NCBI GenBank assembly: GCA_044376115.1
Contig: JBILLK010000004.1
Span: 352,001-416,000, forward strand
Direction: 5' to 3'
Length of the DNA stretch: 64,000 bases
DNA from: Polyangiaceae bacterium
GTDB taxonomy: Bacteria; Myxococcota_A; Polyangia; Polyangiales; Polyangiaceae
Notes under the pieces: model-generated
Databases searched by the model: none
What the model was told of the DNA's origin: nothing
Seen by the model: only the letters and a program-made list of their open reading frames with translations
Made by a program: the position numbers and the translations under genes
In this document: positions 31,747-39,955 of the stretch, in pieces
Numbering within the stretch: position 1 is the first letter of the stretch
Layout of the letters: every line of letters starts with the position of its first letter

Positions 31747-32796
31747 GTGCGCAATCAAAACCGATTCGGCGTGTGGGTTCTTGTGAGTTCGTTCGTGCTG
31801 CCCCTCGGCTGCGATGACACCGCGAACGTCGCTGACGCTGGCGGCGGCTCCGGCGGCAGCGGAGCTTCGAGCAACAACGGTGGCTCGAACAGCGGCGGCT
31901 CGAACAGCGGCGGCTCGAACAGCGGCGGCTCAACCAACGGCGGCTCGAATAGCGGCGGCTCAACCAACGGCGGCGGCACCGGTGGGGTTGGCGGCCCGCC
32001 CACCGAGATCGCCGAGTGCCAAGGTCACATCTACGCCTGCGGCGACCTGCTCGACAACGACGGGGACGGCCTGCTCGACTCGCAAGACCCCGATTGCCTC
32101 GGACCATGTGACAACACCGAGGACAGTTTTTTTGGTGGCATTCCCGGGCAATCGGGACCGGCCTGCAAGGTCGACTGCTACTTCGATCAAGACTCCGGCG
32201 CGGGCAACGACGACTGCTATTGGAGCCACGAGTGCGACACCAACGAGATCGCGCCCAACTACTACCCTGAGCCGAACAACGGCGATCAGTGCGAATACAG
32301 CGGCCCCGATACAGTGATCCCGCCGACCGGGAAAACCTGTAGCGAACTCAACGCGGCTCAGTCGGACGCCTGCCACGCTTATTGCGGGCCTCTCACGCCC
32401 AACGGTTGCGACTGTTTCGGTTGTTGCGAGCTCCCCGCCGGCAGCGGCGCCTTCGTTTGGCTTGGTTCGGAGGGCGTCACCGGCAACACCGTTTGCACCA
32501 TGGATTCGCTCGATGACCCCACGGTTTGTCACCCGTGCGTGCCGGTCGACGCCTGCTTCAACGACTGTGGTGAATGCGAGATCTGCATCGGCAAGCCGCT
32601 CCCTGGACCCGAGTGCGGTGAGGGTGGCGGTGGCGCCGGAGGCGGTGGCGCTGGTGGCGAGCCGAGCGGCGGTGGTGGTAGTGGAGGCTCCGGACAATGT
32701 CCGGACGGCGTCCAACCTTGCGGGCTTGCCGGACAATCGCCGTGCCCGGCGGGTGAGTTCTGCAACACTGGCTGCTGCTACGCGGTGCCGCAGTGA
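31747..32796 (+). CDS. Cys/Gly/Asp-rich lipoprotein
   Basis: VLPLGC lipobox; CGDLLDNDGDGLLDSQDPDC Ca/metal-binding-like motif; start uncertain (TTG 31711 or GTG 31747). Confidence 0.75.
   Translation: MRNQNRFGVWVLVSSFVLPLGCDDTANVADAGGGSGGSGASSNNGGSNSGGSNSGGSNSGGSTNGGSNSGGSTNGGGTGGVGGPPTEIAECQGHIYACGDLLDNDGDGLLDSQDPDCLGPCDNTEDSFFGGIPGQSGPACKVDCYFDQDSGAGNDDCYWSHECDTNEIAPNYYPEPNNGDQCEYSGPDTVIPPTGKTCSELNAAQSDACHAYCGPLTPNGCDCFGCCELPAGSGAFVWLGSEGVTGNTVCTMDSLDDPTVCHPCVPVDACFNDCGECEICIGKPLPGPECGEGGGGAGGGGAGGEPSGGGGSGGSGQCPDGVQPCGLAGQSPCPAGEFCNTGCCYAVPQ
31870..31974 (+). repeat. In-frame 15-bp tandem repeat (7 units, S[N/T][S/N]GG)
   Basis: TCGAACAGCGGCGGC and TCAACCAACGGCGGC units in tandem. Confidence 0.9.
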
Positions 32797-34184
32797 GGCT
32801 CACGCAATCGCTGTTTGCGCTGGGCGTCATGCTCTCGGGCGGCGTGCTCTCGGGCGCCTGCGGCGATGACGCTGGTTCAGGCGGATCGGGGGGCACGGGG
32901 GGCGCCGCATGTGATTCGGTGCAACAGACCGGCTGCGCCGAAGGGCAAACCTGTGAAGAGGTCGAAGACGGAACCACCGGCTGTTTCGCGCCGATCTTGG
33001 TCAAAGGACGCGTCTTCGACTTCGCCACCGACGCGGGCATCGGCTCGGCACGGGTGGTGGCTCGCGATGAGAACGGAGCCTCGCTTTCGAGCGTTTCCAT
33101 CAGCGCGGCCGACGGTAGCTACGAGCTGCCGGTCCCGGCCAAGCGCACGGCCGAGGGAGTGCCGCTCTCGCGCAGCTTCACCTTGCGCGCCGATGCCGCC
33201 GACTACCAGTCGTTCCCGGCGCCGCCGCGCGTCGCGCTGCCGCTCGACCTGGCCGACAGCAGCGGTGAACCGCTGGTCTTGCAGCAGGCCAACAGCGATC
33301 TCGCGTTGATCGCGCTCGAGGATACGAGCGGGCTCGGGTCGGTGGCTGGCCAAGTGGTGGCAGAGCTACCGGGTGGAACCTTGGTCGAGGCCGGAGGCCG
33401 CACCGGCGTCGCCGATAGCGACGGGCAGTTCGTTGTGTTCAATGTGCCGGCCGGGAGTGTGGAGGTCAGCGGCTACAAGCAGGGCCTGAACCTGGACGCC
33501 GTTACCACCGACGTCACCGCGGGCGCGGAGACCGGCGGTATCACGCTCAACGCCAACGACACGCCCGCCGTCACCGTCAGCGGCAACGTGCAGATCGTCA
33601 ACGCCATGGGCGGCAGCTCAACCAGCGTGATCCTGGTGCTGGAAGACACCTTCGTCGAAGCGTTGGCGCGCGGGGAAGCTCCTCCCGGTCTGCGCGCGGC
33701 CAACGTCAGCGGCACCTTCTCGATCGATGGCGTTCCCAACGGCAAATACGTGGTGCTCGCGGCCTTCGAGAACGACGGCTTGGTGCGCGATCCCGACACC
33801 TCGATCGGCGGCACCGAGCTGGTTCGCATCGAGGTCGCCGGGCAGGATCTCGCGCTCGCCGAGAGCTTCAAAGTGACGGGTGCGCTGGCCGTTGTTTCGC
33901 CCGGCGCCAACGACATTGAGACCGTCTCCGGCCCGCTCACCCTGAGCTGGGAAGACGACTCGAGCGAGGACGAATATCTGGTGCAGGTGTTTGACGCGTT
34001 CGGCACGTTGGTCTGGGAGACCACCGGCAACTTCGACCCGGGCGGCAACAAGCCGGCGTCCGTCGCTTATGACGGCCCCGCGCTCGAACCGGCCAACCTG
34101 TACCAGTTCCGCGCGACGTCGATCAAAGACGGCGTGCCGATCTCCTCGACCGAAGACCTCAAGGGCGTTTTCCTCGTACAGTAG
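32793..34184 (+). CDS. Lipoprotein with carboxypeptidase-regulatory-like (Ig/transthyretin-like) domains
   Basis: LSGAC lipobox; VKGRVFD, DSDGQFVVFNVPAG, GTFSIDGVPNGKY; GTGA overlap. Confidence 0.78.
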   Translation: MRLTQSLFALGVMLSGGVLSGACGDDAGSGGSGGTGGAACDSVQQTGCAEGQTCEEVEDGTTGCFAPILVKGRVFDFATDAGIGSARVVARDENGASLSSVSISAADGSYELPVPAKRTAEGVPLSRSFTLRADAADYQSFPAPPRVALPLDLADSSGEPLVLQQANSDLALIALEDTSGLGSVAGQVVAELPGGTLVEAGGRTGVADSDGQFVVFNVPAGSVEVSGYKQGLNLDAVTTDVTAGAETGGITLNANDTPAVTVSGNVQIVNAMGGSSTSVILVLEDTFVEALARGEAPPGLRAANVSGTFSIDGVPNGKYVVLAAFENDGLVRDPDTSIGGTELVRIEVAGQDLALAESFKVTGALAVVSPGANDIETVSGPLTLSWEDDSSEDEYLVQVFDAFGTLVWETTGNFDPGGNKPASVAYDGPALEPANLYQFRATSIKDGVPISSTEDLKGVFLVQ

Positions 34185-34191
34185 GCCGCTG

Positions 34192-34837
34192 GTGAGCAAG
34201 CCCAACGCCCCGCGTTCGAGAGCTGCGACCAGCCTCCGGTTGGTCGCGAGGCGCGGGAGCGGAGAGCCGCGAGCACGCGGAGCGTGAGCTCGCGTACGCC
34301 CTGCGCAATCGCGAGCCGCGGGCGGCTGCGCAAGCCTGGGATCGTTATGCGCTGCTGGTCCGCGGCCTCTTGTGCAAAACGCTGGGCACCACGCCGGAGC
34401 TCGAGGACCTGATGCAGGAGGTCTTTCTCACCTTGTGGAAGCGCGCCCCAACGCTGCGGGATCCTTCGGCGCTGCAGAGCTTCATCACCGGCATCACCGT
34501 GCGCGTGGCCCATGGCGAGCTGCGCCGACGCCGCATCAAACGTTGGCTCTCCTTCGGCGGAGAGGAGCTTCCCGAGGTCTTCGCCGACGACGTGGACTAC
34601 GAGGCGCGCCAAGCGCTCGCCCGGCTTTATGGGCTACTGGACAAACTGGGGCCCGATGCGCGCCTGATCTTCCTCTTGCGCCACGCCCAAGGGCTCGAGC
34701 TCACCGAGATCGCCGTCGCGCTCGACATTTCGTTGGCCGGCGTCAAACGCAAGCTGAGCAAAGTACAGCAGCGCGTTTTGCTGTTCGCGCGAAGTGACGC
34801 GGCGCTGATGGGCCTGCTGCAGCAGGAGGCACCATGA
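34192..34837 (+). pseudogene. ECF sigma-70 factor with a +1 frameshift near the 5' end
   Basis: Region 2 (AWDRY..V..EDLMQEVF..LW) and region 4 (RLIFLLRH..GLELTEIA) lie in a frame with no ATG/GTG/TTG before 34370; GTG 34192 (VSKP..LRLV) is in another frame and stops at 34287. Confidence 0.75.
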
Positions 34838-36090
34838 GCGAGTCTTCGCCCAAGCTGCGGGACAGTGAAGTGATCGCTCGGGTCGGTCGCTTGGCCGAAC
34901 GCGTGAGCGAACAAGCGCCTGAGCCCGGCGAGCTGCAACGCGGTCGCGCAGCGCTGCTGGCCAAGGTGCAAGCCGCGCCCGCGCGCATGCCGCGCTGGTC
35001 GCTCGCGCTGCCGGTGCTCGCCGCTGCGCTGACGGTGATTGGCTGGTTTGCGTGGCCACGCAGCGTGGTTGGCTATGACGTCAGCGGCGCCGCCGTCGCC
35101 GAGAGCGGCTTCGTGCAGGCCTCTACATCGAACGCCGCGCACATCCAATTCGAGGACGGCAGCGCAATCGAGCTCGAGCCGCAGACGCGGCTGCGGGTCA
35201 GTCAGCAGCGCGCGCGCGGCGCCAGCATCCAGCTCGAGAAAGGTCGCATCGAGGTCGCTGTCGCGGCAACCGAGGGTGGCGCCGACTACATCTTCGAAGC
35301 GGGCCCTTATCGCGTGCTGGTGGTGGGAACGGCCTTCGATCTGAGCTGGGATCCCGAGCGCGGAGTGGCCGTCTTGTCGATGAAGGAGGGTGAAGTCAGC
35401 GTGCTCGGCCCACGCCTCGAGAGCGGATTTATTTTGCGCGCAGGCCAACGCCTAGAGCTCGCTCCGGAGGAGGTACGGCTGAGCGATCGGACCGACATCA
35501 CGGCGAGTTACGCAGCGAACGCTGCGCCGAACGAAGCGGTCGAGACGGCATCGCTCGCGGACTCCCGCGGGGCCCAAAGCGCGCGACAGCTCGCTTCGGT
35601 CGCGAGCGCGCCCACCGCCCGCACGCGCTCCTGGGCCGAACACGTCGCGGCTGGCGACTACGAGGCGGTGCTCGCCGAGGTGGACGGTCGCGGCGAGAGT
35701 TCGGTGCTGGCGAGCGCGTCGGTGGGCGATCTAATGATGCTGGCGGATGCGGCCCGCTATGGCGCGAGGCCGGCCCTGGCAGCGTCGGCGCTCCGCGCGG
35801 TGCGCGCTCGTTTCGCCGGAACCAAGTCTGCGGCGACGTCGGCGTTCCTGCTCGGTCGCATGGCCGAAGACGGAGGCCGCGCTAGCGAGGCCCTTTCGCT
35901 TTATGAGGCCGCGCTCGCCGAGGGTTCACCGTTTTCCGCCGAGGCGCTCGGTCGCAGCATGCTGATCGAAAACAAGCGCAACAAACCGCGGGCGCAGCAA
36001 CTGGCCGATCGCTATCTTGCGAGCCATCCCAAAGGAGCATACGCGGACGTTGCAAAAGCGATCGTTGGGCAGCCCGCCAAAGCGAACTAG
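34834..36090 (+). CDS. FecR-like anti-sigma factor with C-terminal TPR-like region
   Basis: Single TM; FEDGSAIEL, LEKGRI, VLVVGTAFDL, EGEVSV; YLASHPKGAY. Confidence 0.85.
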   Translation: MSESSPKLRDSEVIARVGRLAERVSEQAPEPGELQRGRAALLAKVQAAPARMPRWSLALPVLAAALTVIGWFAWPRSVVGYDVSGAAVAESGFVQASTSNAAHIQFEDGSAIELEPQTRLRVSQQRARGASIQLEKGRIEVAVAATEGGADYIFEAGPYRVLVVGTAFDLSWDPERGVAVLSMKEGEVSVLGPRLESGFILRAGQRLELAPEEVRLSDRTDITASYAANAAPNEAVETASLADSRGAQSARQLASVASAPTARTRSWAEHVAAGDYEAVLAEVDGRGESSVLASASVGDLMMLADAARYGARPALAASALRAVRARFAGTKSAATSAFLLGRMAEDGGRASEALSLYEAALAEGSPFSAEALGRSMLIENKRNKPRAQQLADRYLASHPKGAYADVAKAIVGQPAKAN

Positions 36091-37141
36091 TCGACCGGCC
36101 CAGCTGCTCGGGCTGTTCGCGTTGCTGGTGCCACAGTCGCTGGCCGCGCAAGAGCGCCAATCGGCGCAAGAGAGCCGTCCAGCGCAGCGCGCCGACTCGG
36201 TCGGGAACACCACCGTCGTGCTGGTGCAACAGCCGGCGCCCTCGCTCTTTCTCAAGGAGGCGGTGAGCCGCTTGGAGGGCGAACTTCGTTCCTCCGGCTT
36301 CCGCGTGGTGCGCGTCACCAAGAGCACCGAGGAGAGCCGCGTCGCGCTCGAACGCGCAGTCGCGACAACCGGCGCGCAGGCCGGCATCTACCTCGAGCGC
36401 GTCGATGATCGCGCGCGCGCCGAGGTCTGGGTGACCGACACCCTGACCGGTAAAGTCAGCATTCGGCCGCTCGATGCCGGGGATTCGCCTGCGGTGCTCG
36501 CGGTGCGCGCGGTGGAGCTCTTGCGCGCCAGCCTGCTCGAGCTCGAACCGGCGAATACTCCGAGCAACGTGGCCCGTGAACCGATCGAACGGCTGATCGC
36601 ACCGCACGATGAAGCGCGCAGCCTGCGTTCGAATGTGGGGGTCGAGGGCTCCTTCGTGGTCGCGCTCCACCCGGAGGTCGGCGCGGTCGCGCTGGCCCCT
36701 GCCCTGCGGGCTTTCGTCAGCAGCAGCAGCGGGCTCGGTGCGCGAATAAGCCTCGTTCTGCCGATGCTGGGCGCCTCGATCGAAGTCGAGCTCGGGCTGG
36801 CCAAACTTTCGAGCGAGCTGTTCCTAGCCGAGTTCGTGTACACGGCGCCGATTTCACCGTGGTTCAATTTGACCGCGGCGGTTGGGCTGGGCGGCCTACA
36901 TCTGCGAGCCAGCGGCGAGCTCGAAGACCCAACACGCGAGCGCTCCGAGTCGCTCGGCAGCTTCGTGATCGCGCCCAGCGTCGGCATCGTCGCGCGAGTG
37001 GCCGAGCACTTCGCCCTCACCGCCGAGTTCTCACCCACCTTTCTCCTTCCGACGCTCACGATCGACATGGGCCCAGAGCGGCTGGGCACGCTCGGGCTGC
37101 CGATGCTGCAGGCCTCTCACGGTGTGCTCGTTACCTTCTGA
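36017..37141 (+). CDS. Exported protein, probable C-terminal outer-membrane beta-barrel (third gene of ECF-FecR triad)
   Basis: RLEGELRSSGF, LAVRAVELLRAS, alternating beta pattern, terminal Phe; start uncertain. Confidence 0.6.
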   Translation: MRAIPKEHTRTLQKRSLGSPPKRTSRPAQLLGLFALLVPQSLAAQERQSAQESRPAQRADSVGNTTVVLVQQPAPSLFLKEAVSRLEGELRSSGFRVVRVTKSTEESRVALERAVATTGAQAGIYLERVDDRARAEVWVTDTLTGKVSIRPLDAGDSPAVLAVRAVELLRASLLELEPANTPSNVAREPIERLIAPHDEARSLRSNVGVEGSFVVALHPEVGAVALAPALRAFVSSSSGLGARISLVLPMLGASIEVELGLAKLSSELFLAEFVYTAPISPWFNLTAAVGLGGLHLRASGELEDPTRERSESLGSFVIAPSVGIVARVAEHFALTAEFSPTFLLPTLTIDMGPERLGTLGLPMLQASHGVLVTF

Positions 37142-37171
37142 GCGACACTGGAACGAGTACCGCGCGCGAAC

Positions 37172-38086
37172 TCAGCGCACGAGCGCGCGACCAAAGGCCG
37201 CGAGGCTGCGCATGCCATCGCAATAAACCGCGTGCGGTAAGCGCGTGCGCAACGCGGGCCGCAAGGCGCGCCCACCGAGCACCAGAGCCGCTCCTTCTGC
37301 GCGTGCAGCTCGCTCCAAAACCTCAACCTCGTTCACCAGCGCGCTCTCGTCAGCGACAGCGCCCACCGTCAGCCAAACCAGCTTCGGCTTGAGGTTGTGC
37401 ACGGCCGCAACCAGCGTCGAGGCTGGCAGCGCGACCCCCAGCGAGCGTGCGTCCAGCCCTTGGTGACGCAGCGTGGCCTCCGCCATCAAGGTCGGCAGCG
37501 CGTACGGATCACCCAGCAACGTTCCGCCCACCGCTTTGACTGGACGCCGCGAGAGCCGCGGAGCCAGCTGACTGAGATCAACCAGCGCGCGCGCCGCCAA
37601 CTCACACGCACGCCGCTCCTCGTAAATCTCCAGATCACCGCCGGCCCACGCTTCACCCAGGTCCGCGAAGGCCGGCATGATCAGCCCGTCACAAAGCTCC
37701 TCCACCGAGCGGCCCGCGGCCATCAAGCCGGTGAGAAACTGCGAGACCGCGCTCTCTTCGCCCGCGACCAAGAGCCGCATCAAGCGCGTGCGCAGATCGA
37801 GCTCGCTGGTGCTCCCCTGAGACTCCACCAAGCCCAGCTCCGCCGGCGCCACCACCCGATGCCCGTGCGCGCGTGCAAACGCCAACACGGCCGAGGCCGG
37901 CAAGCGCCGATGCCCACCAGCGGTGAGCGCAAATTCGAGATGGCCCTGGTCACACCAGCGTTTGAGCGAAGACTCACTCACGCCCAGCGCGCGGGCCACC
38001 GCGCCCGGGGAGAAGCCTGACCGCGCGGACGCTTTGACCGTTTTGGATGGTTGCGCGCTTGGAGTTTTCACGATTACGGCAATCAA
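37172..38086 (-). CDS. MerR/excisionase-type HTH regulator with cobalamin-binding-like domain (CarH/LitR-like, His ligands absent)
   Basis: VARALGVSESSLKRW..TAGGHRR; helical bundle W(x9)ER; Rossmann GDPYALP..SLG..P..LVWLT..GGRA; start may be GTG 38071. Confidence 0.85.
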   Translation of the reverse strand: MIAVIVKTPSAQPSKTVKASARSGFSPGAVARALGVSESSLKRWCDQGHLEFALTAGGHRRLPASAVLAFARAHGHRVVAPAELGLVESQGSTSELDLRTRLMRLLVAGEESAVSQFLTGLMAAGRSVEELCDGLIMPAFADLGEAWAGGDLEIYEERRACELAARALVDLSQLAPRLSRRPVKAVGGTLLGDPYALPTLMAEATLRHQGLDARSLGVALPASTLVAAVHNLKPKLVWLTVGAVADESALVNEVEVLERAARAEGAALVLGGRALRPALRTRLPHAVYCDGMRSLAAFGRALVR

Positions 38087-38121
38087 TATTGCGCAATGCC
38101 AAAGCTAGCGCTACATCCAAA

Positions 38122-38139
38122 TGAACGTTTTGAACGTTT
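38122..38139. promoter_or_regulatory. Tandem 9-bp direct repeat TGAACGTTT x2, candidate operator
   Basis: Exact tandem copies in an AT-rich divergent intergenic region; degenerate pair TGACCGTTT-TGGATGGTT at 38035-38052. Confidence 0.5.
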
Positions 38140-38171
38140 TTGTTGCAACCTTCGGTTGAACGGAGCCGCCC

Positions 38172-39488
38172 ATGTGGTCACGATCCAAAGAAGTCTTCGC
38201 ACTGGCGGCTGGCGTGGCCGGTCATGAACTCAAGCGCTCGATCAGCTCGCGGCTCACTTGGTCGGCGGAGCGGCTGGCTCAAACCGAGGTGGCCACGCGC
38301 ATCGCGCAGGCGACGCTGATGGCCGAGAGCCTGGGCCGGCTCAAAGGGGCCTTCATGAAGGCCGGGCAACTCCTGTCGATCGACGCGAGCGACCTGCTGC
38401 CGCCGGAGGCGCAGAAGGTCCTCGCCTCGCTGCAGGGCGAGGCCGAGCCGATCGACTTTGCGAGCCTGCGCGCGGTGCTGGTGGAGGATCTCGGGGAGGA
38501 GCGGCTTGCCGAGCTGGGCGCGCTCGAGGAGAAGGCCGCCGCCTGCGCCAGCATCGGCCAGGTGCACCGCGCCACCGTGCACGGGCTCCCAGTAGCGGTG
38601 AAGATTCAGTACCCCGGTATCCGTGAGAGCATCGATTCGGATCTCGAGCTCGTGCACAAGCTCGCCAAGAGCTGGCTCGCCGTGAGCCGCCGCCCGATCG
38701 ATTTGCAGGGCACCTTCGAGGAGCTGAAGAACATCCTTCACCTGGAGGCGGACTACGCGCGGGAACGGCAATTCCTCGAGAAATTCGGAGAGCTCTTGGC
38801 CGACGACGGGCGCTTCATCGTGCCGCAGTCCTTCCCGCGGCTGAGCTCAGGGCGCGTGCTCACGATGACCTGGGAAGACGGCGTTCCGCTCGGCGCGTGG
38901 ATCGCTCGTAGTCCGGCGCGGGCGGAGAAGCAGCGCGTGGCCGAGGCGCTCTTGGACCTTTATTGCAAAGAGTTCTTCGAGTGGGGCCTGGTGCAGACCG
39001 ACCCGAACTTCGGCAACTTCCTGATCCGCGAAGGCGCACGGGAGATCGTGCTCTTGGACTTCGGTGCGACCGTCGTTTACGAAGACGCCTTCCGGCGGCA
39101 ATACGTGGAGCTTCTGCGCGCGATGTCGAGCGGCAATGACGCCATCATCCTCGAGGTTGGGATCGAGAACGGCCTGCTGGACGCACGTGAAGACGCCGAC
39201 GCACGCAAGCTGTTCATCGCCATGATGCGCGTCTCGCTGGAGCCGTTCGAGGCCCGCCGCCAACCCTTCGCCTTCGCCGACGCCGACTACGCCGCGCGCT
39301 CGCGTGAGGTGGTGATGAACTTCACCGAGAAGCTCCGCTTCTCCCCGCCGCCTCGCAAGTTGCTGTTCCTGCATCGCAAGCTCGGCGGGCTGTTCCAACT
39401 GCTCAAGCGCCTGGACGTTTCGCTGGATTTAAGCCCCTATTGGGAGCGTATGGTGGAGCGGCGCGCTGTGGTAACGGCCGCCCAGTGA
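38172..39488 (+). CDS. AarF/ABC1/UbiB atypical kinase (COQ8-like)
   Basis: LKGAFMKAGQLLS, ASIGQVH, VAVKIQYPG, QTDPNFGNF, LLDFG. Confidence 0.92.
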   Translation: MWSRSKEVFALAAGVAGHELKRSISSRLTWSAERLAQTEVATRIAQATLMAESLGRLKGAFMKAGQLLSIDASDLLPPEAQKVLASLQGEAEPIDFASLRAVLVEDLGEERLAELGALEEKAAACASIGQVHRATVHGLPVAVKIQYPGIRESIDSDLELVHKLAKSWLAVSRRPIDLQGTFEELKNILHLEADYARERQFLEKFGELLADDGRFIVPQSFPRLSSGRVLTMTWEDGVPLGAWIARSPARAEKQRVAEALLDLYCKEFFEWGLVQTDPNFGNFLIREGAREIVLLDFGATVVYEDAFRRQYVELLRAMSSGNDAIILEVGIENGLLDAREDADARKLFIAMMRVSLEPFEARRQPFAFADADYAARSREVVMNFTEKLRFSPPPRKLLFLHRKLGGLFQLLKRLDVSLDLSPYWERMVERRAVVTAAQ

Positions 39489-39928
39489 AGCGCAACCTGC
39501 CTTACTTCATCGGCCCGCCCCTCGTGCTGCTGCTCGGCATTCTGAGCGGGACCTCAAGCGGCCCTGGCGAGTGGTACGCCACGCTGCAGAAGCCCTGGTT
39601 CACTCCGCCGAGTTGGGCCTTTGGCCCGGTGTGGACGGTGCTCTATCTGACAATCGGCTGGGTCGGTGCCCGCAAGTGGCTGTACGGCGGCCGACGCGGC
39701 TTGTGGGCTTTCCAAATGCTGCTCAACTTCGCCTGGTCCCCCATCTTCTTCGGCGCGCAGGCGCCTGTGCCGGCGCTAGGAGTGATCGGCGCGATGTGGC
39801 TCAGCATCGCAGCCTTCATCGGTCTCGAGTGGAAGGCCGACGCGCTCTCCGCGCGGCTGTTCCTGCCCTACTTGTTGTGGGTGAGCATCGCCACCTCATT
39901 GAACCTGGCGATCGTCGTATTGAATTAG
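39485..39928 (+). CDS. tspO: Tryptophan-rich sensory protein TspO/MBR
   Basis: WYATLQKPWFTPPSWAFGPVWTVLY, LNFAWSPIFF, LPYLLWV..A..LN; GTGA overlap. Confidence 0.92.
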   Translation: MKRNLPYFIGPPLVLLLGILSGTSSGPGEWYATLQKPWFTPPSWAFGPVWTVLYLTIGWVGARKWLYGGRRGLWAFQMLLNFAWSPIFFGAQAPVPALGVIGAMWLSIAAFIGLEWKADALSARLFLPYLLWVSIATSLNLAIVVLN

Positions 39929-39955
39929 CGAAGCTCAGCCGAGCAGGCCACAGGC

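Noticed and set aside
31870..31974. Possible CRISPR array
   Set aside because: Contiguous in-frame 15-mers with no spacers and no cas genes
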